64,000 nt of DNA, taken from positions 23,700-87,699 of IMG/VR virus record IMGVR_UViG_3300037067_018091; one strand, written 5' to 3'. Positions within the stretch are counted from its first letter, which is position 1. The number at the start of each line of letters is the position of its first letter. The DNA comes from a virus (lineage: Duplodnaviria > Caudoviricetes). Shown piece by piece: positions 11,360 to 21,675 of the stretch. The notes beneath the pieces were generated by a model that was not told the DNA's origin, made no database searches, and saw only the letters and a list, made by a program, of their open reading frames with translations. A program made the position numbers and the translations under genes.

Positions 11360-13233
11360 TGGCTGATAATTTTCAAGGTGGCGAAGATCTTTATAAAAGT
11401 GGCCGACAAGAACAAGATCCAAAACATTTAGCGGAAATAGTTAAACAGTATTTAGAGATAATTAAAGCCAATAAAGAGCTTGAAGCACTTACCCTTAAGC
11501 AAACAAAATCTTTAGCCGCACAAGAAAAAAATTACGAACGTCTTGAAAAACGATTAACCTCATTACGAACTAAAGCAATCGACCCAGTTGTAAAAGCAAT
11601 AGATTCCCTTACAACTAAATTTACCGGAAGTAGTGGAATTAATCAAGCGATCACTAAATTTACTGGGGCAACTACAGATTCTATTTTTCAAGTCGATAAA
11701 ATAAATGATAAAGTAAGTTTTTTTGGTCGCACGTTAGATATTTCTGCTACTACAGCGCTTCGATATACTGCAGCGATTCAACTTATTATTGCAGCAACAC
11801 TTAAATATTTAGAATTTCAAGATAAAGCGCAAAAACAACAGGGTGTGTTAATGAAATCATTCGCGCAGACGGATATTTCTATTTCAGGAACTTATGATCG
11901 CGCCGCGCAAGGATGGCGAGTAGCGGGTAGTACGGGTAAAGATGCTGCTAAAACATTAGATACTGTTATTTCTAAAGCACGTATGACTGGTGCGAAAGAA
12001 TTTTTTAAAGGAATAGATACTACAGAACTTGCAAAAGCTACAGATGAATATAATAAATTATTATATTTAACGTCTACATTTTCTGATAAAGTTCCTGAAT
12101 TCATCACCCGACTTTCAGAATCATTTGCGGTACGTAGCCAAACGACTGTCGTTGATCAACTTGAACAATTAGCAATTTTGGCCACTAAATCCGGCGCACC
12201 AGTAGATCAGCTTGGTGAAATGATTTTTAGTCTCGGTGAAAATTTTGCATATTTAGGAATGCAAGTAAAAGATTCTCAAGAAATGGTTGCAGAATTTGCA
12301 GATGCGGTTGGAAAAAAGGGGATGCCTGCCGCAGTAGGGATGGCGATTGCTTCACAATTTGCGTCAGAATTTCAAACAGCTGCGGGTGTTCCTAATGTTG
12401 GTAAAACTGCGTGGATGGTTTCACAACAATTTAGTAAGCTTCCTGAACCGCTTCAAAAATTGGTCGGGGGGCAACAATTTTTAGAAAAAGATATATATCA
12501 ACAAATGGAGCAATTATATAAATTATCTCCTGCTGAATATACTACACTTAAAGCTACTGCTGGATATCAACAAATGAAAGAAATTGAACGTACTCAAGGA
12601 ACAGTTGCAGCGCGGGCCGCCACCCCGGAATTAACTGCAGTAGAAGCTAGAACATTGCAAGAGTATTTTGAAAAAGCAACTCCAGGAATTACTACAAAAG
12701 AAGAAACTGCAAAAGCGTATGAAGATTTAATTAAAAAAATGCAAGATCAAATAGAGCGTACGGGGGTAACTTCAGCAGATGTAAGAGATGCCATAGATAA
12801 AGAACGAGAAGAATTATCTAGTCGTTTATCAACAATTGCAGAGAGACTGCAGGAATGGCACAGTGGAATTTCTGCGGCGTGGGAAGATGTTAAAGGTACT
12901 TTTGCAGGTAAACAAGAAGGTGTTCGCAGGGATACAAAATTAAGCACACTTAAAAACTTTAGTTTAGCGATATCTGAAAGTCTGGATAATTTAACGAGAT
13001 TTGATAATGATCAAGAGGTAGAAGCAGAATTTGAGCGCCGGTTTCCGCCTAAATTACCATCGAAAATTACGAAGCCTAAGAAGTCTACTACAGTAGAAAC
13101 TGAAGGAAATGACGTCATTACTTCTGATGGAAAACGTATTAAAGTTACAAATATAATTACATATGATCCACAAGCAAGTGCTCCTACAGGTAAAGTTTCA
13201 CGTTCGCAAATGCATCAACCTAATAAGGAATAA
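11359..13233 (+). CDS. Tape measure protein
   Basis: 624 aa, Ala/Gln/Lys-rich helical; follows tube and chaperones. Confidence 0.7.
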   Translation: MADNFQGGEDLYKSGRQEQDPKHLAEIVKQYLEIIKANKELEALTLKQTKSLAAQEKNYERLEKRLTSLRTKAIDPVVKAIDSLTTKFTGSSGINQAITKFTGATTDSIFQVDKINDKVSFFGRTLDISATTALRYTAAIQLIIAATLKYLEFQDKAQKQQGVLMKSFAQTDISISGTYDRAAQGWRVAGSTGKDAAKTLDTVISKARMTGAKEFFKGIDTTELAKATDEYNKLLYLTSTFSDKVPEFITRLSESFAVRSQTTVVDQLEQLAILATKSGAPVDQLGEMIFSLGENFAYLGMQVKDSQEMVAEFADAVGKKGMPAAVGMAIASQFASEFQTAAGVPNVGKTAWMVSQQFSKLPEPLQKLVGGQQFLEKDIYQQMEQLYKLSPAEYTTLKATAGYQQMKEIERTQGTVAARAATPELTAVEARTLQEYFEKATPGITTKEETAKAYEDLIKKMQDQIERTGVTSADVRDAIDKEREELSSRLSTIAERLQEWHSGISAAWEDVKGTFAGKQEGVRRDTKLSTLKNFSLAISESLDNLTRFDNDQEVEAEFERRFPPKLPSKITKPKKSTTVETEGNDVITSDGKRIKVTNIITYDPQASAPTGKVSRSQMHQPNKE

Positions 13234-13235
13234 GC

Positions 13236-14198
13236 ATGGCGTCTAAAAAAGAGACATTAAAAATTTATCGACTTGAAACTCGCCCGAGTTATTTAACGTC
13301 TGATGTTCCCGCTAATCAAACAATTCGTGGATATGTAAATTATTACGATGAATTTAAACAATGGGATGTAGAATATACAAAAGATTATTCATCTATAACA
13401 CAATACTATGATTTTATTGGACCTCGAAATTTCTTTACAGATGAAGCTCAATATGGAAATTATAAAGATATAAGTTTTGTGATAGATGGTATTTTTGTTC
13501 CATATAATCGTGGTACGCACGATTTAACAGAATTGCAAGATCGTATTTATACATTGAGATTTACTTTATCCCAAACAGAAGCAATTCCTATTATTCCTGG
13601 AAATTTAAATAAAATTTATGAAGAAGTTTTTTCATCTATTCCAAAAGTATTAACATTTAGAATTAATCCTACAAATTTACGGCTTATTAAACGTAAATTA
13701 TTCCAACAAATCCGTACTCGTGCTGGATGGGCATTTCAACATTGGGGTCCTCAAATTGGAGAAATAGATTTAGAAGGTGTTACTGGAAATATTCAAGCGA
13801 CTCCTCAAATTCAAATTGGAACTATTGCAGGTATCCCAATTATACCTCAAGTAGTTGATGAAATTCCTACTGAAGAAAATTCTCCCGCGTTGAAAGCGTT
13901 TCGTGAATTAGAGCGTTGGTATGATGAAGATCAAGATGAAAATTTTCAAAGTAAAGGATATTTATCTGCGATTGAATATCGCGGGCGTATTTATGTAGGA
14001 CATATTGCAGATTTTCAATATGAAGAACGTGAAACAAGTCCTTTTATGCTTTATTATCGAATGAAATTTTTAGTTCACTATGATGCGGGTAATTTACAAG
14101 CGGCAACGAGTCGTGCCCGAAATCAAATTGTACGGAATGAAGAAACGTTAAGATATATTGAGAATTTAAAAAATTCTCCTTCGGAAAGTGAGACATAG
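13236..14198 (+). CDS. Baseplate tube-initiator-like protein
   Basis: LTFRINPTNL..RTRAGWAFQHWG..IDLEGVTG..YVGHIADFQYEE..PFMLYYRMKF tube-like fold pattern. Confidence 0.6.
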   Translation: MASKKETLKIYRLETRPSYLTSDVPANQTIRGYVNYYDEFKQWDVEYTKDYSSITQYYDFIGPRNFFTDEAQYGNYKDISFVIDGIFVPYNRGTHDLTELQDRIYTLRFTLSQTEAIPIIPGNLNKIYEEVFSSIPKVLTFRINPTNLRLIKRKLFQQIRTRAGWAFQHWGPQIGEIDLEGVTGNIQATPQIQIGTIAGIPIIPQVVDEIPTEENSPALKAFRELERWYDEDQDENFQSKGYLSAIEYRGRIYVGHIADFQYEERETSPFMLYYRMKFLVHYDAGNLQAATSRARNQIVRNEETLRYIENLKNSPSESET

Positions 14199-16225
14199 TG
14201 GCAAAACAAAATACAGTCCAAAAAGTTGAAAATTATTTTCCTGATGCAATGGTTGTATTTATTACATTAGATTTTGAAGGAAAACCTATTCGAGATCTTT
14301 CAACTGCGCATACAATTGTACCCGATATAGATGATATTACTGATATTCAATTAACATTAGGATCAACGGGAAAATCTGGACAGTTTGTAATTAAAATAAA
14401 TAATACTAGAAATAAGTATTTTTATGCCGACGATATTGTAACTGAAATAACAAATTTAAAAGATGGTAAGGCGATAACATACATTGCTCAACAAGAAAAT
14501 CAGTTTTCAACTTTAAAAACAATTGTTCCAAGTACTACGTGGGAATCTCCTAAAGAATATTTAAATGATAAAGCTTGGGATCGTTTATACACTCCACCGA
14601 ATGCAGACGATTCTAAAATATATTTGTTATTTCAAGATATTTCTTTAAAATATACTGATGCAGAATTAGCTACAATTGTAGATACAGAATTACGTAGTGA
14701 TCTTTCAAAAGGACAAATTCGATATAGAAGTATAAATAAAACTTCTGTATCTTCATATAATGTACAAAAAGATACTACATCAACTAGTTCATCTCGCTCA
14801 GATGGAGAAGAAATTGTTTCGTTACCGATTGCTGAAGCCGCAGGTATTTTAACGCGCGCACGTAAACAATCTGCAATGTTTGAAGAATTTGGGGGACAAA
14901 TTGAGCATGGTAGATGCATGTTTCAACCAATGCAACTTTGTGTTGTGTTAATGCGGAAACGTTTTCAAGAAAAAAATAGCCGCGACGACATGATCGTAGC
15001 ATTTACTGGATATGTCGATTCGGTTTCAGATATTTTTTCAGGGGTTGCTCATGAAATTCAAATAATGGGTACGGATGTAACAAAAGTTATGCGTATTACG
15101 CAAGCTAATATAAATCCATCAATTTTTACTAAGGGGCTTCCTGAAGGCGGAATATTTATAATTTGGCAAAAACGATTTGCGGGCCTACTTGGTTGGGAAA
15201 TAATTAAACTTTTGACCGTCGGCGGAGACGATCCAGTAGGATTTCGAATTCGCGGGGCAGGATATTTTGATTATATTGAAGCTACGAGTCCTTCTTCGAG
15301 CGCTTATCAAAAAGTTGCGTCTAAAGTTGATTTAACTGTTGGGTTTAAACGCACTAGAAGCGAGGAACTTGAGGAAGAACGCGATAAATTAGATGATTTA
15401 CTATTCTCTCCGCGGAAAGTTCATTTACAGATTCTTCCGTTTGATTCTACTCCAAAAAGTACCCACGACTTCGCCGCATATAAACGTATTTATGGTGATT
15501 CTTTTTCAAATTGGCAAAATGAGTATATTGATAATTTAACAATTGCGAATGAAGTTGCACTGTTAACTAATTATGAATTTTATGCCGATCAAAATGGAGA
15601 TATTTGGTATCATCAACCGAGATTTAATAATTATCATATACTAACTGAGAGTAACCCAGAAGTTTATGTTTTACGGGATACTGATATAATTAACGCAAAT
15701 TTTTCTGAAAGTGATTTGGAGGTAATTAGTTCAATTTATGTTACCGGACAGCAAAATATTATAGATGGACAACCGGAAATTTATAAAATGGCCGCTTTTT
15801 TTGAAGATCCGAGTTTAGTTCGTAGATACGGTAGACGAATTCAACCAGTTAGTCATCCATATATTACTGATTCAGAAAGTTGTTTTTATTTTGGTAAATC
15901 CTGGATGTTACGGGTAAATGCCGGACGTTTTGTAGGACAAGTTACGATTTTGGGGCGCCCCGAATTACGAGTACATATGCCGATATACATTCCATATAGA
16001 AATATGGTATATTATATTGAGGGAATTAGTCACAGTTTTCGTTTTGGTACTGCGTTTACTACAACTCTTACTTTAAAATATGGGCGTAAACCTTGGCAAA
16101 TTTTACCTGAAGTTTTAGATTATAACGTAGAAACGCAACCAAATCTTAATCCATACACAGATGATAGAACTGCGTCGTTACAATTACCTGCATCAACTGA
16201 TAATGAAACAAAGGTGAGTCCATAA
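14198..16225 (+). CDS. Baseplate hub protein
   Basis: GTG start; VAFTGYVDSVSD, EFYADQNGDIWY, VTILGRPELR..YYIEGISHSF..FTTTLTLKYGR are hub (gp27/gpD-like) features. Confidence 0.75.
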   Translation: MAKQNTVQKVENYFPDAMVVFITLDFEGKPIRDLSTAHTIVPDIDDITDIQLTLGSTGKSGQFVIKINNTRNKYFYADDIVTEITNLKDGKAITYIAQQENQFSTLKTIVPSTTWESPKEYLNDKAWDRLYTPPNADDSKIYLLFQDISLKYTDAELATIVDTELRSDLSKGQIRYRSINKTSVSSYNVQKDTTSTSSSRSDGEEIVSLPIAEAAGILTRARKQSAMFEEFGGQIEHGRCMFQPMQLCVVLMRKRFQEKNSRDDMIVAFTGYVDSVSDIFSGVAHEIQIMGTDVTKVMRITQANINPSIFTKGLPEGGIFIIWQKRFAGLLGWEIIKLLTVGGDDPVGFRIRGAGYFDYIEATSPSSSAYQKVASKVDLTVGFKRTRSEELEEERDKLDDLLFSPRKVHLQILPFDSTPKSTHDFAAYKRIYGDSFSNWQNEYIDNLTIANEVALLTNYEFYADQNGDIWYHQPRFNNYHILTESNPEVYVLRDTDIINANFSESDLEVISSIYVTGQQNIIDGQPEIYKMAAFFEDPSLVRRYGRRIQPVSHPYITDSESCFYFGKSWMLRVNAGRFVGQVTILGRPELRVHMPIYIPYRNMVYYIEGISHSFRFGTAFTTTLTLKYGRKPWQILPEVLDYNVETQPNLNPYTDDRTASLQLPASTDNETKVSP

Positions 16226-17415
16226 TGTCTGAAGCACAATTTTTTCCTGTTGTTTATACACCTGCAGCATTTAAATCTTCTTTTACTGGGTGGGAAGGAC
16301 AAAATCCTTATCTCCGTCCAGCGGTTATTTTAGCAATTAATTCTACAGCGGGTACAATAAATGTTGAATGGTTAGATCACCCAGGATCAAGATCGGATTT
16401 GCCTATTTCTTTTGCCGGACAAGGTATTTTTGAAATGCCTACACCGGGTGCAGTCGTATTAATGGGATTTGATAAGGCATATCAAGCGCATATTTTAAGA
16501 TTTATTCAACCTGGGTACGCAGCATTAATTAATAATAATACGATCTGGGGGATACAACCCGGTGAAAAAATGTTGGTATCTTATTTGAATGATTCAATTG
16601 TTAATAAAGAACGTCAATTTGCGTTGCCAATTCCAACGGGTACATATTTGCATTTAAATAATGTCGGTGATATATTAATGACAACTGCGGATGGAGATTA
16701 TTGGCAATTAAATCGACGTGAACAATTAATTGAACAGTATTCTTTAAACCATTCAGTACGTACTGAGGCGGGTATTTTAGATTTTGGATTAATTAAACGT
16801 TCAACTGCAGATGGAATTAAAATCATATCTGCCGCGGGAAAGCCTTTAGATGATTCGTCGGCGTCGCAAAATAGTTTAACCGAATTTAGATTACGTGTAC
16901 TTGAAACTGCTGATGCAAGTATAGAAACTACTCCGGAAATAGATAATCCGTTTATTGAATTAACATTGGGAACAAAATTAAAAGAAACGATTAATAATGA
17001 TGATTCTCGACAATATGAATTAGCAAAAACAGATAATTCATATGCTGGCGGCGCTGATAAAGAGATTATGATTCAATTGAAAACAAAAGCTGATCAGGGA
17101 TTTGAATTTACTGTCGATAAAGATGGAAATTTAACAATGAAAGTTAAGGGAAATATTAAATTTGATATTACTAATGGTAATATGTTAATTAATGTAGGTG
17201 ATAATGGTAAAGTTCAACTTGGTGGTGAAAATGGAGAAAAAACTTTATTAGGAGAATCTTTTCAAAAGAAGTTTAATGCACTCGTTGATTATATAAATAG
17301 TTTATATTTTACAAATACTGCGGGCGCGCCAACCCCATGTTTTCAAGGGGCACCAGCGGGTACTGCTCAAAAATCTACTTCAACAGATTTATCAAATAAA
17401 GTTAATAACGAATAA
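16225..17415 (+). CDS. Baseplate central spike protein (gp5/gpV-like)
   Basis: N-terminal OB-like AVILAINSTAGTINVEW..MPTPGAVVLMGF; C-terminal beta repeats and LLGESFQKKFNALVD. Confidence 0.65.
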   Translation: MSEAQFFPVVYTPAAFKSSFTGWEGQNPYLRPAVILAINSTAGTINVEWLDHPGSRSDLPISFAGQGIFEMPTPGAVVLMGFDKAYQAHILRFIQPGYAALINNNTIWGIQPGEKMLVSYLNDSIVNKERQFALPIPTGTYLHLNNVGDILMTTADGDYWQLNRREQLIEQYSLNHSVRTEAGILDFGLIKRSTADGIKIISAAGKPLDDSSASQNSLTEFRLRVLETADASIETTPEIDNPFIELTLGTKLKETINNDDSRQYELAKTDNSYAGGADKEIMIQLKTKADQGFEFTVDKDGNLTMKVKGNIKFDITNGNMLINVGDNGKVQLGGENGEKTLLGESFQKKFNALVDYINSLYFTNTAGAPTPCFQGAPAGTAQKSTSTDLSNKVNNE

Positions 17416-19967
17416 TGTCAATTACATATACTAATTATACTCCTGAAGAAGTTAAATTACTTTTAGGTCCCGCGTTAGCAGTTGCTATTGCAAGTGTTAC
17501 AACAGATATTAAATTAGATCCGCGTAAAACTCGTGATTACGGCACATTATTGTGGACAGCTGCTGCTGGACCACTCGTTGATTATTTATATTCAAAAGCA
17601 TCTGGATCCGCACCAGATTTAAATGCAGTTCTTTCTGCAGGAAATTCTTCAACAAATAATATTACTGTAGGAAATGTTAAAGCGACCCAAAATCTTCAAA
17701 CAAATAATAATCTTTATTTAAATATGGGCGGATCTTTAAGTGATGCCCAAGTATATTGGTTTGATGGAAATTTATCAGGTGCGTGGTTAGGATATAATTT
17801 AACGAATCATGTATTTATATTTTCAAATGTTGTACGAGTACCGTATCCATCAGGATCATTAGATGCGGTAAATAAAGGATATGTTAATAGTGTCTCAGGA
17901 AGTATAGGAGCTGATTTAAATCATCAAGTATTATCCTTATACAATTATGTAGATAATGCATCTGGAAGTTGTGCACAGAACTTACAAAGCGTTACTAATG
18001 TTGGAAACGTTACTAATAACGAAGTTATTGCTGGAACATTATCTTCTAACGGTAATATTTATGTAAATAAAAATGGCGCTGATGGAGATAGTTATCTTTA
18101 TTTTTATGATGGTAGTTCAGCTACTGGACAATATATAAAATGGCAAGATTCAAATAACCGTTTTTACATGACTGGATTATTTCAGGTCGCTACTGGGGTA
18201 GTATCAGGATACCTAGCTTCTAATGGACATATTTATATTAATTACGATGGACCGGATGGCGACCAGTATCTTTATTTCTACCAAGGCAGTTCTGGAACGG
18301 GCGCATATCTTGAGTTTGTGGATGCAACTCCGGGATTTAAGTTATCTCATACTCTTGATATGAGTGCGGCTAAGATTACAGGTGTAGCAAATCCAACAGC
18401 TGCTCAAGACGCGGCCACAAAAAATTATGTAGATAATATTTCAGGATCAATTGGGACTGATTTAAATCATCAAGTATTAACTCTCCATAATTATGTAGAT
18501 AATATTTCAGGATCAATTGGTAATGATTTAAATCATCAAGTATTATCCTTATACAATTATGTAGATAATGCATCTGGTAGTTGTGCTCAAAACCTTCAAA
18601 ATGTTACTAATCATGGTAATACTACATCCCATGAAATTATTGCGGGCACACTTTCTTCTAACGGTAATATTTATGTAAATAAAAATGGTGCAGACGGCGA
18701 TTCATTTATTTATTTTTATGATGGGGGTTCTCCTACTGGACAATCTTTAAAATGGCAAGATAGTAATTCTCGTTTTTATATGACAGGGGCTTTACAAGTC
18801 AATAGCGGTATTATTGGGTCTTATTTAGCATCAAATGGCGCTGCATATGTTAACTACGACGGTCCAGATGGAAATTCGTTTCTGTATTTTTACGAAGGAA
18901 GTTCTGCAACCGGGGCATATTTAGAATTTGTAAATACGCCTACCATGTTTCAGCTTTCCCACAGTTTATCAACTCCTGGAAGTATTCTTGCAGACGGAGA
19001 TTTTGCAAATGCGGGTAATATTCGAACAAGCGGAAGTATATCTGCAACCGGTGCTGTTTTACAACTTTGGACAAATGTTTTAGTAGTAGACGGTGGCGGA
19101 AAAGGAGATTATTCGTCGATTCAGGCTGCAGTAGCGGCATCTTCATCAGGGGATGTTATTTTTGTAATGCCGGGAACTTATACTGAGACAAGTAGTATAG
19201 TAATGCCTGATGGCGTTTCTTTAATAGGAATTGATAGAGATCGTTGTATAATAACAACTACATCTGAAATTACTTTACTTTTAGGAACTAATCAAACAAC
19301 TCCTATTGGTAATAATATTCAAAATATCACTTTAGATCATAATAGTGCGGTAGGATATACAGTTAGTTGCGGTGGATCTGCCATAACAAATAAACATATG
19401 AAGATGCGATTTTTTAATTGTAAGATTACATCTACTTCGGGAAATGGCAATGTATCTGTGGGTGGAGGAGAAATCCTATTAAATAAGTGCGTACTTTCTT
19501 CAGCCGCGGGGATAGCTTTGACTTTTACATCGGGAGTTTCAAATTATATTGCGTTGGGTACAATTTATGATTGTGAGATTTCTGCGTCTGCAGAATCAGC
19601 GTTATCAATACAAACGTATTGCTCTGTCGGGATAATGCGAACGTATATTTTTTGTAGTCATGCTTCTTATTGGCCAGTAAATTGGTTGGGATCTACTTCG
19701 GGTGCAGTAGATTTTGATAGTTGTAGGATTCAAGGTGTGAATAGTAATGCTGCTGCGCAAACAACTACAAGTTGTACTGAGGCTGCTTTAAGATTTACAA
19801 ATTGTCATCTTATTTCAGCGGGCACAAATTTAATCGATGTAGCGGCAGGCACACCAACAATAGGTATGTATAATTGTACGATAAATAATGATACAAAACC
19901 AGTAGCATTAACAGTAACGTCGGGGTCAGCCGCCACAAATTATGGTGGTACTAATATTAAACGTTAG
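17415..19967 (+). CDS. Tail fibre/spike with internal duplication and C-terminal right-handed beta-helix (pectate-lyase-like)
   Basis: Repeated DAVNKGYV/DAATKNYVD fibre motifs; VVDGGGKGDYSSIQAAV..GDVIFVMPGTYTE is the typical beta-helix entry. Confidence 0.75.
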   Translation: MSITYTNYTPEEVKLLLGPALAVAIASVTTDIKLDPRKTRDYGTLLWTAAAGPLVDYLYSKASGSAPDLNAVLSAGNSSTNNITVGNVKATQNLQTNNNLYLNMGGSLSDAQVYWFDGNLSGAWLGYNLTNHVFIFSNVVRVPYPSGSLDAVNKGYVNSVSGSIGADLNHQVLSLYNYVDNASGSCAQNLQSVTNVGNVTNNEVIAGTLSSNGNIYVNKNGADGDSYLYFYDGSSATGQYIKWQDSNNRFYMTGLFQVATGVVSGYLASNGHIYINYDGPDGDQYLYFYQGSSGTGAYLEFVDATPGFKLSHTLDMSAAKITGVANPTAAQDAATKNYVDNISGSIGTDLNHQVLTLHNYVDNISGSIGNDLNHQVLSLYNYVDNASGSCAQNLQNVTNHGNTTSHEIIAGTLSSNGNIYVNKNGADGDSFIYFYDGGSPTGQSLKWQDSNSRFYMTGALQVNSGIIGSYLASNGAAYVNYDGPDGNSFLYFYEGSSATGAYLEFVNTPTMFQLSHSLSTPGSILADGDFANAGNIRTSGSISATGAVLQLWTNVLVVDGGGKGDYSSIQAAVAASSSGDVIFVMPGTYTETSSIVMPDGVSLIGIDRDRCIITTTSEITLLLGTNQTTPIGNNIQNITLDHNSAVGYTVSCGGSAITNKHMKMRFFNCKITSTSGNGNVSVGGGEILLNKCVLSSAAGIALTFTSGVSNYIALGTIYDCEISASAESALSIQTYCSVGIMRTYIFCSHASYWPVNWLGSTSGAVDFDSCRIQGVNSNAAAQTTTSCTEAALRFTNCHLISAGTNLIDVAAGTPTIGMYNCTINNDTKPVALTVTSGSAATNYGGTNIKR
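18423..18554 (+). repeat. 66-bp tandem duplication (22 aa) within the fibre gene
   Basis: aattatgtagataatatttcaggatcaattgg at 18423 and 18489; gatttaaatcatcaagtatta also at 17913. Confidence 0.85.
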
Positions 19968-19976
19968 GAGATAGAT

Positions 19977-20150
19977 ATGGCAGATGAGATTAAACAAGAG
20001 CAGAAATTATTTCGAGGAGTAGTTATTCATATTCCGGAAGAAGGCAGATTTGGAATACAAATTTCGGGTGAAATTAAACTTCTCGAAATTTATGGAGCAT
20101 TGACGATTCTTATGAAACAGGTAGAAAAAGATTTAGGTATCAATAAATAA
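19977..20150 (+). CDS. Small protein after the fibre gene (57 aa, below cutoff), possible fibre chaperone
   Basis: Translated by hand: MADEIKQEQKLFRGVVIHIPEEGRFGIQISGEIKLLEIYGALTILMKQVEKDLGINK; AGGAG RBS; TAATG-coupled to next gene. Confidence 0.7.
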   Translation: MADEIKQEQKLFRGVVIHIPEEGRFGIQISGEIKLLEIYGALTILMKQVEKDLGINK

Positions 20151-20674
20151 TGGCGATTTCAATTACAAATATTAAACAAATTGCGAGTACCGTCGGGATA
20201 TCGACGATATTTATTAAAGCTCTTGTGGGACTTTCTCAACCTGCTCGAAATGCTTTAAGATTACAATTAAATTCAATCAAACAAAGTTTAAAAGGTGAAC
20301 TTTCTACACTTGCATTTAAAGCGCGAATTGCTAAAAGAAAACAAACTGAAATTAATAAAATTTATAGTTCTGCAGGTGCAAAGTTAAGCCAGGCTAAACG
20401 AATTTTAAATTTATTAAATTTTGGGCCAGATTTTAATGATGAACCTGAGGTACAGAAATTAATTGATACACTATTGGCAAGCGTTAAGATTAAAGGAATT
20501 TCTCTTGGTGGCTATAGAGATGCAGATAATATAATTAATGCCCTTAATTTTAAGGCGCAGCAAGCCGCAAAAGCAGTAGATTTTGCAGAAATCGGTGTTC
20601 GCACAATTAATGCAAAAATTGATACAATTGATAAATATTTAAACGTTTTAACCGAAATTGATCGACTTAGTTAA
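20150..20674 (+). CDS. Hypothetical basic helical protein
   Basis: 174 aa, coupled start. Confidence 0.6.
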   Translation: MAISITNIKQIASTVGISTIFIKALVGLSQPARNALRLQLNSIKQSLKGELSTLAFKARIAKRKQTEINKIYSSAGAKLSQAKRILNLLNFGPDFNDEPEVQKLIDTLLASVKIKGISLGGYRDADNIINALNFKAQQAAKAVDFAEIGVRTINAKIDTIDKYLNVLTEIDRLS

Positions 20675-20713
20675 AATTATTATGTATACTACGTTAAGCG
20701 GTAACTAATATTT

Positions 20714-21673
20714 ATGGGTATTCTTGGAACTGGACAAAGTAACTGGACGCCGGGTAGTCAAACTAATTCGGATCGATACCCCACATCTCCGGCAACAATG
20801 GCCGCAGTATCGGGGATGTATTTAGATAAATTATGGGCGAGTTTTAAATATGACGGCACCCCTGCAGAAAAATCGTTTCAATTAGGACTTTATGCAAGTG
20901 CGGGTACGTCCCCGAATCATTATCCTAGTACATTAATTGCTGCCTCTGAAATCCGATTAATTACTTTAACAACGAACTTTTTATGGTATGAATTTGATGT
21001 ACCTTCAAAACCAATTCTTTCATCAGGCACGATTTATTGGTTAGCTGCGGCGTCTACGGGCGCAGGAGCTGCTGTAGTAGTACAAAATGGAGCTCCTTCA
21101 ACAGGTGATCGTAAAAAACGTATTACAAATGTTGCTCAAACGTTACCACTAGTTAGTCCTTATCCTGCATATGACGTGTTCTCGACACGTACTATGATGA
21201 TCTATGGAGTATATGAACCCAGTATTGTACAGGAACAAGTTGATATCAATTCTAATGGATCTATTTTTGTAATTGATTCTGTAAATATTCCAATAGATGC
21301 GTGGATTTTTGCGACAGATCAAGTAGATATTAATTCAAATGGTTATATAATTTTTAGAGATCAAGTAGATATTGATTCTAATTCAAGTATACAAGTAACT
21401 GATCAAATAGATATTAATTCTAATTCAAATATATTAAAAAATGAACAAGGTACACGTTTTTCAAATAGTTTAATTATTCCGCTTTATCCTCCGACATTAT
21501 ATGCACAAATTATTTCAGATGCCTATATAATTGAAAAAACTGTCACTGAGAGAATTAGTTCAGATGCATATATAATAAATAATATTTCTCCTGCGGTGCG
21601 CGTACAACCGCGTTTACGAGAAACTGCCCCAACTTCATTTTGGGATAAACGCACAGGAATAGAAATTTTTTAA
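20714..21673 (+). CDS. Virion appendage protein: N-terminal jelly-roll-like domain plus C-terminal repeat stalk
   Basis: QVDINSNG-type repeats and ISSDAYII repeats; C-terminus homologous to that of the next gene. Confidence 0.5.
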   Translation: MGILGTGQSNWTPGSQTNSDRYPTSPATMAAVSGMYLDKLWASFKYDGTPAEKSFQLGLYASAGTSPNHYPSTLIAASEIRLITLTTNFLWYEFDVPSKPILSSGTIYWLAAASTGAGAAVVVQNGAPSTGDRKKRITNVAQTLPLVSPYPAYDVFSTRTMMIYGVYEPSIVQEQVDINSNGSIFVIDSVNIPIDAWIFATDQVDINSNGYIIFRDQVDIDSNSSIQVTDQIDINSNSNILKNEQGTRFSNSLIIPLYPPTLYAQIISDAYIIEKTVTERISSDAYIINNISPAVRVQPRLRETAPTSFWDKRTGIEIF

Positions 21674-21675
21674 TT

